From assembly GCA_965649225.1 (NCBI GenBank), contig CBFGJX010000024.1, forward strand, positions 1 through 30,723: DNA of 30,723 nucleotides. The letters run 5' to 3'. The notes beneath the pieces were generated by a model. That model worked only from the letters and a program-made list of their open reading frames with translations, searched no databases and was not told the origin of the DNA. Each line of letters starts with the position of its first letter. The first letter of the stretch is position 1. Positions 28,196-30,723 of the stretch are shown piece after piece. Both the position numbers and the translations under genes were made by a program. This stretch comes from a candidate division WOR-3 bacterium (GTDB lineage: Bacteria > Hydrothermota > Tepidihabitantia > Tepidihabitantales > Tepidihabitantaceae).

Positions 28196-30723
28196 ATGAA
28201 CAGGCGCGCAACCTTCGCCGGACTGCTGGTCCTGTTGAGCCTGACAGCGCTGGCCCAGCAGTATCTGGTAATCAGCGCCGACCAGTTTGTTCCGCTTGCC
28301 ACCAGGCTGGCGGAATGGAAAACCCGCAAGGGTGTGCCGGCAGTGGTCGTGCCGGTGTCACAGATTGGCAACAATCCGACCGCGATTCAAAGCTACATTC
28401 GCAATGCCTACAACAACTGGCCGGTTCGGCCCGAGTTTGTTTTGCTGCTGGGCGGGCCGGGGCTGGTGGTTCCTTATACCAACACTACCGATTGCAACTA
28501 CGGCGACATGACCGGCGGTTATCAGATGGAAATCGCCGTCGGCCGGCTGCCGGCGACCACCCTCGCCGAGTGCAGCACAATGGTGGCCAAGGTACTGGCC
28601 TACGAGAAGCCGGATTTCGGCGTCGGCGACACCGGCTGGTATCTGCGGGGTACGACGGTTGTGCGCGAGGACAATCCGCCCGACCCGTACTACCAGCCCG
28701 ATTCAAGGCTGGTGCGCGGTTTCTGGACCTCCAGCGGCTACACTCTGGCCGAGAGCCTGATGAACAGCTGGGGCCATGGCAGTGCCGATGTTACCAATGC
28801 AGCCAACAATGGCCGGGCATTCATCACTTACCGGGGTCAGGGGGTTTCGACCTGGTGGAGTCCGTTCAACACGATCAATCCTTTTGCCTGGACGAACGGA
28901 CACATGATGCCGGTCGTGGTCGGCGCCACCTGTGCAACAGTGACACTGGCCAACGGCGAATCAATGTACGGCGACAAGTTTGTCCGCGCCGGTACTGCTG
29001 CCGGGCTGGGCGGGGCGATTGCGTATTTCGGCACCACCAGCTCGGGTTCGAGCATCTCCGGTCAGCGCGGCGCGGTTTACCGTGGTTTCTTTACCGCTCT
29101 CTATACCGAAAAAGTCGAGGAGCTGGGGACCGCGACGTTGCGCGGTCGCCGCTGGGTCGATTCGCTTTATCCCGGGCAGTCGAGCCGCTATCTGGAATGG
29201 AATCTGCTGGGTGATCCCGAGCTTTCGGTTTGGACCGGCATGCCGCGTCGGCTGGCGGTCGGGCACGACACCGTGCTGCCGCTGGCACCGCAGAATCTGG
29301 TTGTGACCGTGCGTTCCGGCGGAGCGGCGGTGGCCGGGGCCAGAGTTTGTGTGATGATGGATTCCACCGTCTATGCGGTGGGGCGGACCGACGGCCTCGG
29401 GCAGGTTTCACTCAGCATCAGCCCGATCCACATCGGTACGCTGCAAGTCACGGTTACCGGCCGTAATCTGCTGCCTTATGAAGGCACGGCGCGGGTCATC
29501 GTTTCCGGTCGCCCCTGGCTGGTGCTGGCCGGACAACTGCTGGATGAGGTGGTCGGCAATCACGACCACGTTCTCAATCCGGGCGAGCGCGTCCGGCTGA
29601 CGCTTTCATTGCAGAATCTGGGCAGCGCGTCGGCGGTGGGTGTGCAGTCAGTCTTCCGTTGTCGCGCCGCTGGGGTGACGGTTTATGACAGTGTCAGCAG
29701 TTACGGCACAATCCTGCCGGACAGCGTGGTTGCCGGCGACCCGGTGGAGTTTGCAATTGACACGACACTGCGGGAAGGGCAGAGCGTTGCCGGTACGCTG
29801 GTTGTCAGAGCCGGTACAAGTGATTCCTGGCAGTTGCCACTGAGCGTGTCAATCCGTTCCGGCGTGGTGCGGTTTGCGGCGGCAGTTCTGAACGACTCGC
29901 CGCCGGCGGGCAACGGCAACGGCCGGCTGGGCTCAAGCGAGAGCGGGCGGCTGCGGCTGGTTATCCGCAATGTCGGCGGCGGACCGCTCGAAGGACTGTG
30001 GCTCGTCCTGCGCAGTCTGGATACCTCGGTGGTAGTGACCGATTCGGTTGCCTTCTACGGCCGGATTGCCGCCGGCGACAGCCTGGCCGGGCTGATTGAC
30101 CAGTTTGGCATCACCGCCGCTCCATTCAAGCCGCCGACCACACCGGCAGCGTTCCGGGTGATGGTCAGTGCCTCGGGCGGAACCTATCAGTACGGCGATA
30201 CTTTCAGCTTTACGATTCCGGGAGAACAGTCGGTGTCGGGCGAGCCGACCGGGCCCGACAGCTACGGCTACTGGTGCTATGACAATACCGACAGTGCCTC
30301 GGGCCGGGCGACGGTTTATTCCTGGCTGGAACTGGCGCCGCCGGGTCCGGGCGAACTGCTGCCAGCGGTGTCGGATTCGGATGCGGTCGTGCGTACTTTC
30401 CCGCTGCCGTTCCGGTTCCAGTTCTACGGCCAGTCGGACAACTTCATTTCGATCTGTTCCAACGGCTTTTTGGCGCTGGGTTACACTAGTTACCGTTCCG
30501 GCAGCAACCGGCCGATACCCGACCCGGCCGGGCCGCCACTGTTGATTTCACCGTTCTGGGATGACCTGAATCCGGATGAAAACAGCAACGGCTATGGCAG
30601 CGCCTACCAGTACTACGACTCAACCAACCACCGCTGGATTGTCGAATTCTGCGATTTTGCCCACTACAATCAGCCCAACATTCGCGAGAAGTTTCAGGTC
30701 ATTCTTTACGACCCGGCGTACTG
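28196..30723 (+). CDS. Second C25 (gingipain)-fold secreted protein; runs off the 3' end and is absent from the ORF track
   Basis: Manual translation: MNRRATFAGLLVLLSLTALAQQYLVIS...LAEWKTRKG...PEFVLLLG...EIAVGRLP...AFITYRGQG...VVVGATCAT...EWNLLGDPEL...PTGPDSYGYWCYDNTD...SPFWDDLNP. I found no stop codon before the window end. Confidence 0.88.
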   Translation, partial: MNRRATFAGLLVLLSLTALAQQYLVISADQFVPLATRLAEWKTRKGVPAVVVPVSQIGNNPTAIQSYIRNAYNNWPVRPEFVLLLGGPGLVVPYTNTTDCNYGDMTGGYQMEIAVGRLPATTLAECSTMVAKVLAYEKPDFGVGDTGWYLRGTTVVREDNPPDPYYQPDSRLVRGFWTSSGYTLAESLMNSWGHGSADVTNAANNGRAFITYRGQGVSTWWSPFNTINPFAWTNGHMMPVVVGATCATVTLANGESMYGDKFVRAGTAAGLGGAIAYFGTTSSGSSISGQRGAVYRGFFTALYTEKVEELGTATLRGRRWVDSLYPGQSSRYLEWNLLGDPELSVWTGMPRRLAVGHDTVLPLAPQNLVVTVRSGGAAVAGARVCVMMDSTVYAVGRTDGLGQVSLSISPIHIGTLQVTVTGRNLLPYEGTARVIVSGRPWLVLAGQLLDEVVGNHDHVLNPGERVRLTLSLQNLGSASAVGVQSVFRCRAAGVTVYDSVSSYGTILPDSVVAGDPVEFAIDTTLREGQSVAGTLVVRAGTSDSWQLPLSVSIRSGVVRFAAAVLNDSPPAGNGNGRLGSSESGRLRLVIRNVGGGPLEGLWLVLRSLDTSVVVTDSVAFYGRIAAGDSLAGLIDQFGITAAPFKPPTTPAAFRVMVSASGGTYQYGDTFSFTIPGEQSVSGEPTGPDSYGYWCYDNTDSASGRATVYSWLELAPPGPGELLPAVSDSDAVVRTFPLPFRFQFYGQSDNFISICSNGFLALGYTSYRSGSNRPIPDPAGPPLLISPFWDDLNPDENSNGYGSAYQYYDSTNHRWIVEFCDFAHYNQPNIREKFQVILYDPAY

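Noticed and set aside
26920..28374. 484-aa minus-strand ORF, and similar long antisense ORFs (e.g. 25370-26446, 24488-25267, 3200-3976, 9756-10448)
   Set aside because: They lie antisense to well-supported genes and have no motifs. Such shadow ORFs are expected in GC-rich DNA.
28315..29214. 299-aa plus-strand ORF in the track
   Set aside because: It is an alternative frame of the real C25 gene starting at 28196 and has a low-information Arg/Gly-rich translation.

Overview
GC-rich bacterial chromosomal segment, densely coding, with no tRNA, rRNA, CRISPR array or mobile element that I can support. Gingipain-fold (C25) proteins, T9SS-like C-terminal tails, a V/A-type ATPase and an RRM protein suggest a diderm anaerobe related to the FCB group, such as candidate WOR-3 (inference only). 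In order, the window holds: the sppA 3' end, a BFD-like [2Fe-2S] protein and a DAO-family FAD oxidoreductase; a convergent RRM RNA-binding protein with a long leader; a partial, probably Na+-coupled V/A-ATPase operon (H/G, I, K, E); a secreted beta-propeller, rfbD and a Nudix hydrolase; a minus-strand operon gcvT-gcvH-gcvPA-small Cys-rich protein-gcvPB-small conserved protein-glmL/mutL-like ATPase; and an ABC-F ATPase coupled to a GGQ release-factor-like protein. The last ~13 kb is one tightly packed plus-strand run behind a near-consensus sigma70 promoter. It encodes pgsB-pgsC-pgsW (poly-gamma-glutamate synthesis), a two-repeat exported protein, a putative outer-membrane beta-barrel, an LVIVD protein, a C25 protein, a YCF48/BNR-repeat protein and a second C25 protein that the ORF track misses and that runs off the end. 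Both C25 proteins keep the catalytic Cys but lack the His of the GHG motif. The best candidate for an undescribed system is this operon, read as a diderm poly-gamma-glutamate export and surface-anchoring machine. Also notable are an orphan GlmL-like ATPase in the glycine-cleavage operon and recurring promoters with 16-bp spacers, two of which look leaderless.
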